Notes: a model not told the origin generated them from the letters alone. A stretch of 63,427 bases of DNA, filler included, from Candidatus Hydrogenedentota bacterium (GCA_040752395.1; 16 parts of 16 records of this genome joined end to end with filler, not necessarily neighbours in it); one strand, 5' to 3'. Positions 41,745 through 52,635 are shown, numbered from the whole stretch's first letter. Numbers and translations are program-made.

Positions 41745-42122
41745 TCATGAAATTTCAAGGTAGCCTTCCTTATAGTCGATGACCGTTCTAAAGTGTTTCA
41801 GGAAACTCAGACCAAGCAAACCCCGAATTCCTGCAAGTTCTGGAATGTCATGGCAGATAACCTCTACTTCCTGTGCTTTGACATCACTAACAGTCATGCT
41901 CTCCACCCGAAGCTTCGGAACCTCTATCACACAATTTGCAGTAACAATTTCTTGACGCTCAGGGACACCAGCAGGATCATAGCCAATGACCTTGAGCGCA
42001 GACCAAGAAATCGCGGTAAAAGCAGCTCCTGAGTCAAAAATTAAATCTACCCTAATTGAGCCTTTCGGGCCAGTAATTTTGACATTCCTCACTACAATCG
42101 GAATACCGATAGGCAATCTCAT
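41745..42122 (-). CDS. Retropepsin-like (clan AA) aspartyl protease
   Basis: LIFDSGA and GLLGLSFL. Confidence 0.85.
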   Translation of the reverse strand: MRLPIGIPIVVRNVKITGPKGSIRVDLIFDSGAAFTAISWSALKVIGYDPAGVPERQEIVTANCVIEVPKLRVESMTVSDVKAQEVEVICHDIPELAGIRGLLGLSFLKHFRTVIDYKEGYLEIS

Positions 42123-42135
42123 GACGATTTCCCGC

Positions 42136-42345
42136 TCAAAACATTACTGCATAGCCTTCAGGAACTGGGGGGCCGGCAAAGGTAATATAGACATCATTAA
42201 GCCCACGCTCAACTAATTCCTTATCAAAAATTCGTCGATCCTTGTTGTGAAGGATTACCTCCCCTTCTGGATTATCGCTTTCGTCAAAGGCACGAAAGGC
42301 AATCCATTCACCTTGATATCTGTTTTTCCCTTCCTCGAGTTTCAT
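42136..42345 (-). CDS. Small protein (DUF5678-like) paired with aspartyl protease
   Basis: Y.GEWIA..GEVI.H motif, AAGGAGG SD. Confidence 0.6.
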   Translation of the reverse strand: MKLEEGKNRYQGEWIAFRAFDESDNPEGEVILHNKDRRIFDKELVERGLNDVYITFAGPPVPEGYAVMF

Positions 42346-42663
42346 TATGACTACCTCCTTTCTTCTTCATAGAATTCATAGTAATTTTGATTTTGGGATA
42401 ACCTGCCATTCATAAGCATAATCTATGAAAAATATGGGGAATTAGCAATAAAAAAAAGATAAGAGAGATAAAAGAATTCAGGTATACCTGAATTCTAAAA
42501 AATAGGGATAAATAGGAATAAGATTATCGAAAATGTTGTTCAAGATTATTGGAGAGAGCACAANNNNNNNNNNNNNNNNNNNNNNNNNNNNNNNNNNNNN
42601 NNNNNNNTTAATTAATTAANNNNNNNNNNNNNNNNNNNNNNNNNNNNNNNNNNNNNNNNNNNN

Positions 42664-42736
42664 GGTTTCGTATCAGGATGCGATAAGAAAGGCACAACGT
42701 CCTGATGAATTCGAGAAACTTGTGAAAGGCGATTAG
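42664..42736 (+). CDS. 3' fragment, probably PilT twitching ATPase
   Basis: VSYQDAIRKAQRPDEF..* directly upstream of pilC. Confidence 0.45.
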
Positions 42737-42765
42737 GTACAAAGGTATAAACTAAATGAAAAGAT

Positions 42766-42943
42766 AGTGAAGACTCAAGACTTTTCAGCAGGCTTCGGGC
42801 TCCAGCGGACTGTAGTCCGTAGCCCGTAGCCTGAAGCCAACATATCATCCTTAGTTTTTCATACTTTGTGCCTTTGTGCCTCTGTGCCTCTTGTTTCTTG
42901 CTTCTACTTGATATCATTAGAGTTACAATGTTTTTCAGAGGGG
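42766..42943 (+). repeat. Composite modular element upstream of pilC with inverted internal modules
   Basis: GGCT hairpin followed by reverse-complement hub and TTTGTGCC modules, then terminus. Confidence 0.9.
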
Positions 42944-42950
42944 TTATATA

Positions 42951-44168
42951 ATGCCGTCATATAAGTACAGAGCCCTTGATGCTACAGGCACAGAGAAAAA
43001 AGGTGTAATTGATGGAGCAAATGAAAAACTGGTAAACTCACGTTTAAGGGAGATGGGGCTTCGACCATTTGAAATCGCAGAGATCAAACAAACAACAAAA
43101 GAAGGAATTAGTATCCCATTTTTAGGAAGGAAAAGAGTAAAATCCGATGATTTAATGCAATTTACAAGACAGCTCGCAACTTTAATTGATGCAGGGCTAC
43201 CTTTATTAAGAGGGTTAACAATTCTTGAAGAACAATCTGAAAACCCAGCAATGAAAGAGGTTGTGGCACAGATAAAAACAGATGTCCAGGGCGGCGCATC
43301 TTTCTCTGATGCGCTTACAAAACATCCCAATGTTTTTAGTAAATTATATGTAAGTATGATTAAAGCAGGTGAGGTAGGTGGTGTACTTGAAGTCGTGCTT
43401 GATAGACTCGCAGAGTTCGCTGAAAAGGAACAGAAATTAAGAGCTAAGGTAAAATCCGCAATGATTTACCCTATAGTTTTGATAGTTGTTGCTTCGGCTG
43501 TTGTCTCATTACTGATGATATTTGTTGTACCTCAGTTTGAATCTATGTTTGCAGAGATGGGCGTACAACTCCCATTAATAACACGAATAATGATAACTAT
43601 CAGTAGGTTTATGAAAAACTGGTGGTATATTTTAATGATTGGTATCGCTGTAGGAGTTTATGGGATTCAGATATGGGCCAGGAGTACTGCTGGCAAAGAG
43701 ATTCTCGACACGTATAAACTTAAATTACCTTTATTTGGTGAATTAATAAGAAAATTTATAACAGCAAGGTTTACAAGAACCCTTGGTACATTATTACAGA
43801 GTGGGGTACCTATCTTACAGGCATTATCAATAACTAAAGATGTAGCTAATAATGTTGTAATGGAGCGAGCGATAGAAAACGTATCAGTAGCTATTACTGA
43901 GGGTTCTGGTATGGCTGAACCGCTACATCGTTCAGGCGTGTTTGCTCCTATGGTTACTAATATGATCGCTGTGGGTGAGGAGACAGGAGCACTTGATCAG
44001 ATGTTGAATAAGATCGCGGATAACTATGAGATGATTGTAGATGAGGCTGTCTCAGGCCTGACATCAATGTTAGAGCCGTTACTTATAGTATTTATGGGAG
44101 CAGCTGTTGGTTCTGTTGTGGCGTCGTTATTTTTACCGCTATTTTCTATCGCAGAAGCCATACATTGA
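42951..44168 (+). CDS. pilC: Type IV pilus assembly protein PilC / T2SS F family
   Basis: FTRQLATLIDAGLPL, AGEVGG, SAMIYP, VGEETG, LEP. Confidence 0.93.
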   Translation: MPSYKYRALDATGTEKKGVIDGANEKLVNSRLREMGLRPFEIAEIKQTTKEGISIPFLGRKRVKSDDLMQFTRQLATLIDAGLPLLRGLTILEEQSENPAMKEVVAQIKTDVQGGASFSDALTKHPNVFSKLYVSMIKAGEVGGVLEVVLDRLAEFAEKEQKLRAKVKSAMIYPIVLIVVASAVVSLLMIFVVPQFESMFAEMGVQLPLITRIMITISRFMKNWWYILMIGIAVGVYGIQIWARSTAGKEILDTYKLKLPLFGELIRKFITARFTRTLGTLLQSGVPILQALSITKDVANNVVMERAIENVSVAITEGSGMAEPLHRSGVFAPMVTNMIAVGEETGALDQMLNKIADNYEMIVDEAVSGLTSMLEPLLIVFMGAAVGSVVASLFLPLFSIAEAIH

Positions 44169-44169
44169 G

Positions 44170-44536
44170 TTAGAAGACAGGAGGGGAAGGCACAAAGTTA
44201 AATTAAAAATTAAAAATTAGAAGTAGTGATGGTCACAAGACCCGAAGTATAGGCGGGTTTACCCATCCATAGACAGGCACAGAGGCACAGAGGTAAGAAG
44301 TAAGATATTTGAAATTGAAGATTGGAAATTGGAGATTGCAAAATGAAATCAGTTTATGAAGTTAAAGAGTCGAGAGTCGAGAGTCATCATGAGCGCTTTT
44401 GCGCTCTACACTATTGCGTTCTTGGGTTCTTGGGTTCTTGCGTTTTTGCGCTCTACACAAAGCATGAAAAACTAAAGATGATATAAAAAGAGTCTTGAGT
44501 CTTGAGTCTCGAGTCCTGTTTTGACTCACGACTTGC
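44170..44536 (+). repeat. STR-rich composite element downstream of pilC
   Basis: Several 7- and 8-mer tracts, REP, 9-mers, hub, inverted GAGTC module. Confidence 0.85.
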
Positions 44537-44636
44537 NNNNNNNNNNNNNNNNNNNNNNNNNNNNNNNNNNNNNNNNNNNNTTAATTAATTAANNNNNNNN
44601 NNNNNNNNNNNNNNNNNNNNNNNNNNNNNNNNNNNN

Positions 44637-45259
44637 TGGCTAAAGAAAACCTAATTGTGGACGACGGTTCAGATGACGGCACAACTGAAATATTAAAAAA
44701 TATAAACGATAAAGATCTTAAAATAATTTTTCATCCTAAAAATTATGGTAAGGGCACGGCTATTAAAACTGGTTTAAAAAATATAACCGGGGATTTAATC
44801 ATTGTGCAGGATGGTGACCTTGAATATGAACCTTCTGAATATATTAAATTATTACATCCTATCCTTAATAACGAGGCTGAGATTGTTTATGGTTCAAGGA
44901 TACTTGGGAGTAAAAATAGGTCGTATAATAGATATTACTGGGGTGGTAGATTTCTCTCATCACTTACCAATATGTTATATGGTTCACATTTAACAGATGA
45001 GCCGACGTGTTATAAATTATTCAAAAAGAAAGTTATAGATTCTATAAATCTTGAGTGCAAAGGCTTTGAATTCTGTCCTGAGATAACGTCAAAAGCTTTA
45101 CGAATAGGATATAAAATTATTGAGGTCCCTATTTCATATAACCCGCGTTCAATGGCTGAAGGCAAAAAGATACGCTGGTACGATGGTTTATATGCAATAT
45201 ATATTTTGATTAAAAACAGATTTACCCCCATCTCAAAAATATATAAAGCCAGGATTTAA
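44637..45259 (+). CDS. Glycosyltransferase family 2 (DPM1-like), 5'-partial
   Basis: VDDGS.DGT, GKG.A, QDGDLEY, YGSR, EGKKI.W.DG. Confidence 0.88.
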
Positions 45260-45424
45260 AAGAAATCTATTGATACCTCTAACTTCTTCACCAGCTATAA
45301 CCGAGAACGTGTAAAAAAATATATTAGTGGTTACGAAATCTGATGAAGAGGTCTCTTTTATTCATAGGAATTTTAATTTGGTATAATTTATCGTTCATAA
45401 GCGAAAGATAGAGAAAATGGGTAT

Positions 45425-46381
45425 TTACAACTTGCGATTTGCGATCCGATGAATGTCGCTAAAATATTTACAGGTCTTTTCCAGACCCTCGTAGATGTCA
45501 GTTGCGGGAAAATAATTTAATATTTTTTTTGCTAACGTAATATCAGAAAGCGAATCTCTTACATCACCTGGTTTTTTTGGAAGATATTCAGGTTCTATTG
45601 AACTTTTAAGTATTTTTTTTATGATATTAACAAGTTCGTTTACACTTATCGCTTTCTCACATCCTATATTTATAATTTTGCCAGGTGCTGAAATGGCTGA
45701 CATTGCAAGTATATTAGCACTAACAACGTTCTCAACAAAAGTAAAATCTCTTGTCTGGCAACCGTCACCATAAACTGTTGGTTTTACATTATTTAAAACC
45801 ATATTTATAAACTTTGGTATTGCTGCTGCATACTGGCTCTCCGGGTTCTGTTTTGGTCCGAAGATGTTAAAATACCTTAAACACACTGTTTCTAATCCAT
45901 AGAGGTCATAAAATACTCTGCAATAATGTTCAGCAGTTAGTTTTGTTATAGCATAAGGCGATAACGGATTAGGTATCATATTTTCGCGTTTGGGTAACTC
46001 CTGGGTATCACCATAGATAGAAGAAGACGACGCGAATATAAATCTTCTTACCTTTGCCTCGCGAGCAGCAATTAAAAGTTTGAGGGTACCATCTATATTA
46101 GCTTTATTGGTTGTTATGGGATCTTCAACGGAGCGCGGGACAGATGGTATCGCTGCCTGATGGAAAACAGTATCTACTCCTTTTATGATTTCAAATATTT
46201 TATCATCATTAATATCGCATTCATAGAATTTGATTTCAGTCATTACATTTTTAAGATTTTCTATTCTACCTGTTGATAAATTGTCGCAAACAATAGTTTC
46301 ATATTTATCATTAACCAGTTTTTCAACGAGGTTGGAGCCGATAAAGCCAGCGCCACCTGTTACCATTACTTTTTTAGACAT
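45425..46381 (-). CDS. NAD-dependent nucleotide-sugar epimerase/dehydratase
   Basis: TGGAGFIGS, SVPRS, SPYAITK, RYFNIFGP; start moved to ATG 46381. Confidence 0.92.
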   Translation of the reverse strand: MSKKVMVTGGAGFIGSNLVEKLVNDKYETIVCDNLSTGRIENLKNVMTEIKFYECDINDDKIFEIIKGVDTVFHQAAIPSVPRSVEDPITTNKANIDGTLKLLIAAREAKVRRFIFASSSSIYGDTQELPKRENMIPNPLSPYAITKLTAEHYCRVFYDLYGLETVCLRYFNIFGPKQNPESQYAAAIPKFINMVLNNVKPTVYGDGCQTRDFTFVENVVSANILAMSAISAPGKIINIGCEKAISVNELVNIIKKILKSSIEPEYLPKKPGDVRDSLSDITLAKKILNYFPATDIYEGLEKTCKYFSDIHRIANRKL

Positions 46382-46388
46382 AGTTGAT

Positions 46389-46490
46389 CCTCCTCTGAAA
46401 AACGCTGTAACTCTAATAATTCGGGCCACGGGCTACGGACTACAGCCGGCTGGAGCAAAAAGCCAAAAGCCAAAAGCCTGCTGAAAAGTC
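46389..46490 (-). repeat. Composite modular element upstream of epimerase
   Basis: GGCT hairpin and terminus. Confidence 0.9.
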
Positions 46491-46590
46491 NNNNNNNNNN
46501 NNNNNNNNNNNNNNNNNNNNNNNNNNNNNNNNNNTTAATTAATTAANNNNNNNNNNNNNNNNNNNNNNNNNNNNNNNNNNNNNNNNNNNN

Positions 46591-47670
46591 TCTCTGGGAA
46601 GATTCAAGTCTAAATTTTCTTGCATCTTTTATATCAAGGATACCCTCACTACAAGCCGGTGTCGGGGCAGAGGAACCACCAAAAACCATTGGGCAGACAA
46701 AAGCAAAAACCCTATCAATTAGATTATCATAAAAAAACCTTCCAAGTGTTTTACCACCGCCTTCTATAAGAACAGAATATATATCTCTTTTATAAAGTTC
46801 GTTTAATATAACATCACCCTTTATCGGGTAATCATCTACCCCTATTATTTCTATACCTTTATCTTTTAATCTTTGGGCTTTATCTTTTCGTTTGTTTTTC
46901 ATACAAAAGAGAATGGTCAATTCCGGAGTTTTATTTATAATATAGCTGTCTTCAGGTATTTGTAAGACCGGATCAATAACAATTTTGTATGGTTGCAAAA
47001 AGACTAAATCATCTTGAGTAATCTGTTCTTCTGTCTCTTCTGGTCTATAAGTTAACCGCGGGTTATCAACTATAATTGTTCCTACTCCGACAATCACAGC
47101 ATCAGATTCTCTTCTAAGTTTTTGTACTATTTTTCTACTTTTTTCGCATGATATCCATTTAGATTCTTTAGCCTCTGTTGCTATTTTACCATCCATAGTC
47201 ATCGCATATTTCCCTGTAACAAGCGGTCTATTTTTAGTTTTAGCCATAAAGAAATAAGAGTTTAATATTACACTATCTCGATTGCATATACCGAGCTCAA
47301 CGTCAATATTGTTATTTTTTAATAATTCGACACCTTTACCTCGATTTCTGGTATCAGGGTCTATGGCTGAAATAATTAGTTTAGATATTTTATGTTTAAC
47401 AATTTCAGGGAGGCAGGGTGGGGTTTTACCGAAATGGGCACAGGGTTCTAAAGTCACATACATTGTTGAGCCTTCTAATCTTTTATTTTTCTTCAACGCA
47501 TCTTCTATGGCATTGATTTCAGCATGCGGAGTACCGGCAATCTTATGATAACCGTTCCCGATAATCTCTCCATTTTTTTCTATTACAGCGCCAACAAGTG
47601 GGTTTGGTGAATTAAAGCCTATGGCGCTGCGGCTAAGTTCTAATGCTTTTTGCATCAATTCTTCTTTCAT
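46591..47670 (-). CDS. ribD: Riboflavin biosynthesis deaminase/reductase, 3'-partial
   Basis: PNP.VG, HAE, TLEPC.H.GKTPPC, DGKIA, IEGG. Confidence 0.95.
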
Positions 47671-48719
47671 ATCACACCTGATGTTAGATTAATTATCTTT
47701 TCTCCATCATAATGTACTGTATCTTCGATTCTTACACCAAATTTATCTTTGAAATACAATCCTGGTTCGATTGTAAATACATTCTCTTTTTTTATTAAGG
47801 TATCACTTCTAAAACTGGGCGCTTCATGAACCTCAAGTCCAATCGAATGGCCGAGTAGATGTAAAAAATTATCTTTATACTCGCCGAACATCTCCCTGGC
47901 ATTCTCATATACTTTTTTGAATGTTAGTTTATCATCAATGTATGCTGTAATATTGTTTTTTACTGTTAAGACTTTATTATAAATCTCTTTATAGAAGCTA
48001 TCAATTTTATCACCATACCAGAAACTACGAGTAATATCGCAGCTGTAATGATTATACTTTACCCCAAAATCAACAAGCACAGCCATATTATCTTTTAAAA
48101 TCGTATTAGAAGAGGTATAATGCGGGATTGAGGTATTCTTTGAAAAAGCGACAATAGGTTCAAACGCTGGCTCTGCCTCTTTACGTATCGTTTCTATTTT
48201 AATAAAAGCTGATATCTCGTTCTCTTTTACATTGGTTCTTATCTTTTTTCTAATTATCTTATATACCTCTTTTGCTACTGAAACCGCCTTTTTAATCTGC
48301 GATATTTCATATCTGTCTTTAATGCTTCTTAGTTCTGTAATTTTATCGTTGATGGATAATATTTTTATATAACGCATCTTTCTTTTAAAACTCTCAATAA
48401 AACTATAAGAAAGGAAATCTGTCTCGAGATAAATCCGTTTAATATGTAATCTTTTCAATGCTATATAGATATCATCAGGATTTTTTATTAAGATCACTTT
48501 AATACTTTTATCAATCTCTTTTAAAGCTTTTTCATAATACCTGGCATCGACTAATAATAATTTTGTATTTCTATTAGCAATCAACAGATAGCCAGAAGAA
48601 GAAAAAAATCCAGTAAAGTAATAGCGATTGAGCGGGTTTACTATCAGACACGGTAAATTATTAACAATCTTTAAGAGTCTTTTATTATATAATTGATGGT
48701 CAATTGGGTGGGTTCTCAT
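47667..48719 (-). CDS. Xaa-Pro aminopeptidase (M24B)
   Basis: DFG..Y.CDITRS, H..GHSIGLEVHE, TIEPG.Y, GVRIED. Confidence 0.9.
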   Translation of the reverse strand: MRTHPIDHQLYNKRLLKIVNNLPCLIVNPLNRYYFTGFFSSSGYLLIANRNTKLLLVDARYYEKALKEIDKSIKVILIKNPDDIYIALKRLHIKRIYLETDFLSYSFIESFKRKMRYIKILSINDKITELRSIKDRYEISQIKKAVSVAKEVYKIIRKKIRTNVKENEISAFIKIETIRKEAEPAFEPIVAFSKNTSIPHYTSSNTILKDNMAVLVDFGVKYNHYSCDITRSFWYGDKIDSFYKEIYNKVLTVKNNITAYIDDKLTFKKVYENAREMFGEYKDNFLHLLGHSIGLEVHEAPSFRSDTLIKKENVFTIEPGLYFKDKFGVRIEDTVHYDGEKIINLTSGVI

Positions 48720-49275
48720 TAGAACTTTTGGGATTTTGAGTTACGTTCGAGCGGATCTTTAATTCTTTAATCTGGTCTCTGAGTTTAGCTGCGAGTTCGA
48801 ACTCTTCGTTTTCAATAGCTTTATTAAGCCGTTCATTCAGGCTATCCAATCTTCTGGTATTCTCAGATTTAGCTTCTTCCTGTTCAATGCCTGCAGCCTG
48901 CAGAACCTCAGGTGCTACAAAAATAGGTGCATCAAATTTCAAAGCCAGAGCTATTGAATCGCTTGGTCGTGCATCAAGTTCTATCTCGTTACCGTTCATT
49001 TCAATAAATAATCGAGCAAAAAAAGTATTATCTTTTAACTCGTTTATATAAACTTTTGATACTTTGTAACCTAATTCTGTAAGAACACTTTTAAATAAAT
49101 CATGAGTAAGTGGTCTTGGTGCTCTGCTTTTCTCAAGTTCCATAGCAATAGCCTGGGCTTCAAACGCACCAACAAAAATAGGTAACGCCACTCTATTCTC
49201 TTCATCCATAAGCAAAACTACAAAACCGTTTCCCCCAGGACTCATACCAACACCGTAGACTCTTACCAGTTTCAT
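48700..49275 (-). CDS. Bifunctional nuclease family (DUF151) with C-terminal UVR domain
   Basis: LPI.VG.FEA, RPLTHDL, DARPSDSIALA, AIENEEFELAAKLRD. Confidence 0.9.
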   Translation of the reverse strand: MKLVRVYGVGMSPGGNGFVVLLMDEENRVALPIFVGAFEAQAIAMELEKSRAPRPLTHDLFKSVLTELGYKVSKVYINELKDNTFFARLFIEMNGNEIELDARPSDSIALALKFDAPIFVAPEVLQAAGIEQEEAKSENTRRLDSLNERLNKAIENEEFELAAKLRDQIKELKIRSNVTQNPKSSNENPPN

Positions 49276-49347
49276 TACTATCTTACCTCTTTTACAATTT
49301 ATAATTTTTGCTCAATATATAGCAAGTAAAATTTTTGCCTCTTGCTT

Positions 49348-50115
49348 CTAACTATATCTTATCAGATTACCATAAAAAATCATAATATATGTTGCTAAAG
49401 AGATAAATGGTCCAAATGGAATAAAATCTTTTCGTGTAAATTTGCGAAGCAATATACCGGTTATCCCATAAAATGAACCTATTAATGCAGCTATAAATAA
49501 TATATATATAGAAAATTCGGGTCCAAGAAACGCGCCTATCATAGCCATCATCTTTACATCGCCAAACCCAAGCGCCTCTTTCTTAAATAAAAAATATCCA
49601 AGTATCGCAATAAAATATAATAACCCACCCCCAGCAAATAAACCTGATATCGAAAATAATACAGATTTTAAAATATCCTGCGGAAACGGATAATGCGGGC
49701 AAACTGAAAACAATACCCCTGCTATCATTACAGGTAAAGTCACTATATCGAGTATCAGAAAGAAATCTAAATCAATAAATATTATTAGAAGAAGAATAAG
49801 ATTTAAAAGGCCAAAAATAAAAAATTCATAACTTAAGGAAAACCTCTGAAAAGTAGCAAAAAGAAGTAACCCACTTAAAATCTCTACAAAAAGATACCTT
49901 ATACTGATTTTTGTCCCACAACCCCTGCACCGTCCTCCAAGAATAAGATAAGATAAGATAGGAATTAATTCAATAATTGATAATTTTTTATTGCAGCAAG
50001 GACAGTATGAGCCAGGTGATATAATAGAGAGATTTCTTGGTAATCTGTAGATACAAACATTTATAAAACTACCAAAAATTGTCCCTATAATAAAAATTGC
50101 TATATTATTAAACAT
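49348..50115 (-). CDS. pilD: Prepilin peptidase
   Basis: GSFINVCIYRLP, CxxC pairs, GFGDVK, PFGPF. Confidence 0.92.
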   Translation of the reverse strand: MFNNIAIFIIGTIFGSFINVCIYRLPRNLSIISPGSYCPCCNKKLSIIELIPILSYLILGGRCRGCGTKISIRYLFVEILSGLLLFATFQRFSLSYEFFIFGLLNLILLLIIFIDLDFFLILDIVTLPVMIAGVLFSVCPHYPFPQDILKSVLFSISGLFAGGGLLYFIAILGYFLFKKEALGFGDVKMMAMIGAFLGPEFSIYILFIAALIGSFYGITGILLRKFTRKDFIPFGPFISLATYIMIFYGNLIRYS

Positions 50116-50172
50116 AATGTCTTCGCGAGGGTAGCTTAAAACAATATTAAATAAATGTGAAGAGATTTTTTA

Positions 50173-50520
50173 TTACTTAAAAGATTTTATGGCTTTATCT
50201 ATATTATCGAATAAAGAAAAAACTTTAGAAGCACCCATTATATCAAAAATATTTTTTATCTTCTCATTTAAATTAACAAGTTTTATATCACCGCCACCAG
50301 CTCTAACCCTCCGCAATCTGCCAATAATAACCCCAAGCGCAGTAGAATTTATCTGCGTAACATCGTTCAAATCAAGTATCAGTCTAAAATCACCTTTATC
50401 AACAAGCTCGGTTATAGTATCTTTCAATTTACTAACAACAAAAGCATCTATCCCGCCTATTAATTTAATTATAACACAATTGTTAAGAGTTTTTTCTGTT
50501 TTTATAATGAGATCGCTCAT
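50173..50520 (-). CDS. STAS-domain anti-sigma factor antagonist
   Basis: G.ID, LDL..V..INSTALG. Confidence 0.88.
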   Translation of the reverse strand: MSDLIIKTEKTLNNCVIIKLIGGIDAFVVSKLKDTITELVDKGDFRLILDLNDVTQINSTALGVIIGRLRRVRAGGGDIKLVNLNEKIKNIFDIMGASKVFSLFDNIDKAIKSFK

Positions 50521-50543
50521 CGATGTCCTATACCCCTTTATCG

Positions 50544-50745
50544 CCCCCCCTGAAAAACATTCTAACTCTAATAATTGGGGCTACAGGCTGCGGACTACAG
50601 CCGGCTGGAGCCTGAAGCCAACGTCCTTTAAAAAATTCAGAATGTGGAATGCTGAAATCTGTGGTCATCAGCCAGAATTTAGAACGCAATAACCCAAGAA
50701 CCCAATAGTGTAGAGCGCAAACTGCGCTCATGACTACTCCTGTCT
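50544..50745 (-). repeat. Composite modular element between two STAS genes
   Basis: REP, 9-mers, GGCT half hairpin, terminus. Confidence 0.88.
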
Positions 50746-50752
50746 CCTGATA

Positions 50753-51109
50753 TCAATCTATCTTCATTTCAAATAAACTTAAACCCTCCTCAATATTATT
50801 AACTATATCAAATATTTTATCAGCACCCATAACCTCTATTATTTTTCTTACCTCGGTTTTAGGTTTTAAAATTTTAATATCACCTCCTTTCTCCCGTGCT
50901 CGTCTCACACGAGAAATAATTATTCCAATACCAGTAGAATTAATCTCTTTGACTTTAGTGAAATCGAGTATTATTTTGGGTTTCCCCATATCAATGGATT
51001 TATTCATTATGTCTCTTATTTTATTTACAGTTGGATAATCAAGAACTTCCGGTAACTCAATTATTACTACGTCCCTTGTTTCCTTTGATTTTACGGCAGT
51101 GGTAGCCAT
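50753..51109 (-). CDS. STAS-domain anti-sigma factor antagonist
   Basis: LDF..V..INSTGIG. Confidence 0.88.
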   Translation of the reverse strand: MATTAVKSKETRDVVIIELPEVLDYPTVNKIRDIMNKSIDMGKPKIILDFTKVKEINSTGIGIIISRVRRAREKGGDIKILKPKTEVRKIIEVMGADKIFDIVNNIEEGLSLFEMKID

Positions 51110-51253
51110 AATACCCCCTCTTTTCGGTATCTCTACTTATATATTTTATTCACTATTTAAATTATGTCAATATTAAAATGTGATTTTTCTCACATTTGTT
51201 ATGTGGTGGCTTATTGAGGGCTTAAGCAGATGGCAAGTCAGCAATACCGGCCT

Positions 51254-51355
51254 TTATGAAGCTTTTATCTTTCTTACCTCTTCGTAAATCTTTATTAATT
51301 CCTGATATGATCTCGCATTATGTATCCTTCTTATTAATTCGCTCTTGTTTTTCAT
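51254..51355 (-). CDS. Putative 33-aa small protein
   Basis: GGGAGG SD; MKNKSELIRRIHNARSYQELIKIYEEVRKIKAS*. Confidence 0.45.
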   Translation of the reverse strand: MKNKSELIRRIHNARSYQELIKIYEEVRKIKAS

Positions 51356-51489
51356 AAAGAAGCACCTCCCGTAAATCTCGACCATTCTAAATATATTATC
51401 GGTATTAAAATGGCAAAATATTAGCTTAATTTATCGTTTTTCTATGTCGATATTTGAGGTATCGCAGGATAACGGCCTGTGATTTTGCT

Positions 51490-52575
51490 ATGTTATCATT
51501 TGATAGTGTAAAAAGATTTAAACCTAATCATTCTGAGAATAATCTTGAATTAAAAAAGACACTCGAAGAACTTTTCTTAATAAATAATAAACTAAAAAAT
51601 GAAGTCGATATCCTATCTACCCTGAGAGAAGTCATCTTATCAATCCATTCTTCGCTCGAATTAGAGTCGATGCTAAAATCAATACTTGAGATTATAAAAG
51701 GTTTTTTAGATATAAAAAAGATACTTATATACCTGTTTGATCCTATGACATCGGCTCTAAAACCTGCTATAGGTATCAATGAAAACAAATTTTTACAACC
51801 GACTCAATTGAATACTATATCTCCTGCTGAAGGGATTATAGGTAACTCTTTTGCTCTACGTAAATCCATCTTTGCAAAAAATGAAACTGATGGCAATTAT
51901 CTTATATGTCCGCTCTTCACAAAAGATGAAACCGTAGGCCTTATGATACTAAGACTCAATGATGAGATAAAGACAGTTGAGGAGCATAATAAAAATTTTA
52001 TAGACCTGTTATCACGACATATAGCAGTTGGGGTGCATAATTCTATACTATATTCTCTTGCTATAACAGATGGGCTAACGGGTCTTTTCGTTCATCGATA
52101 TTTCCAATTAAAATTAGAAGAGGAATATAGAAGGGCTATACGCTATAATATACCTTTCTCTCTTGTTCTCCTTGATATAGACCATTTCAAGAGATTCAAT
52201 GATACCTATGGTCATCAGACAGGTGATATGGTTTTACGCCAGATAGCGAAGATTGTATGTTCGAGTATCAGAACCTCTGATATAGCCTGTCGCTATGGTG
52301 GTGAAGAGATTGCTGTAATATTTCCATCAACCACTCTTGATGGTGCGATGCAGGCTTCACTTACTATTAAAAAAAATATAGAAAATTTTGAATTCAGTAG
52401 TTTGAATAAAGAGAGATTTAAAGTCACGATAAGCGGTGGTGTTTCTACTTTTTCGCCAAATTTTACAAGCAAAGAACAGATTATAGAATTTACCGATAAG
52501 GCTCTTTATAAGGCAAAACAAAATGGTAGAAACCAGATTGTAGCATATAAACAGCAAATTCCTAATGCTTCTTAA
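51490..52575 (+). CDS. GAF-GGDEF diguanylate cyclase
   Basis: TDGLTGL, DIDHFK..ND.YGH, RTSD I-site, RYGGEE. Confidence 0.92.
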   Translation: MLSFDSVKRFKPNHSENNLELKKTLEELFLINNKLKNEVDILSTLREVILSIHSSLELESMLKSILEIIKGFLDIKKILIYLFDPMTSALKPAIGINENKFLQPTQLNTISPAEGIIGNSFALRKSIFAKNETDGNYLICPLFTKDETVGLMILRLNDEIKTVEEHNKNFIDLLSRHIAVGVHNSILYSLAITDGLTGLFVHRYFQLKLEEEYRRAIRYNIPFSLVLLDIDHFKRFNDTYGHQTGDMVLRQIAKIVCSSIRTSDIACRYGGEEIAVIFPSTTLDGAMQASLTIKKNIENFEFSSLNKERFKVTISGGVSTFSPNFTSKEQIIEFTDKALYKAKQNGRNQIVAYKQQIPNAS

Positions 52576-52635
52576 GAGCCCGGGGTTAGAAATCTCTTGC
52601 TATTTCCATTTTTTGTTTATAATAAATTCTCATTT

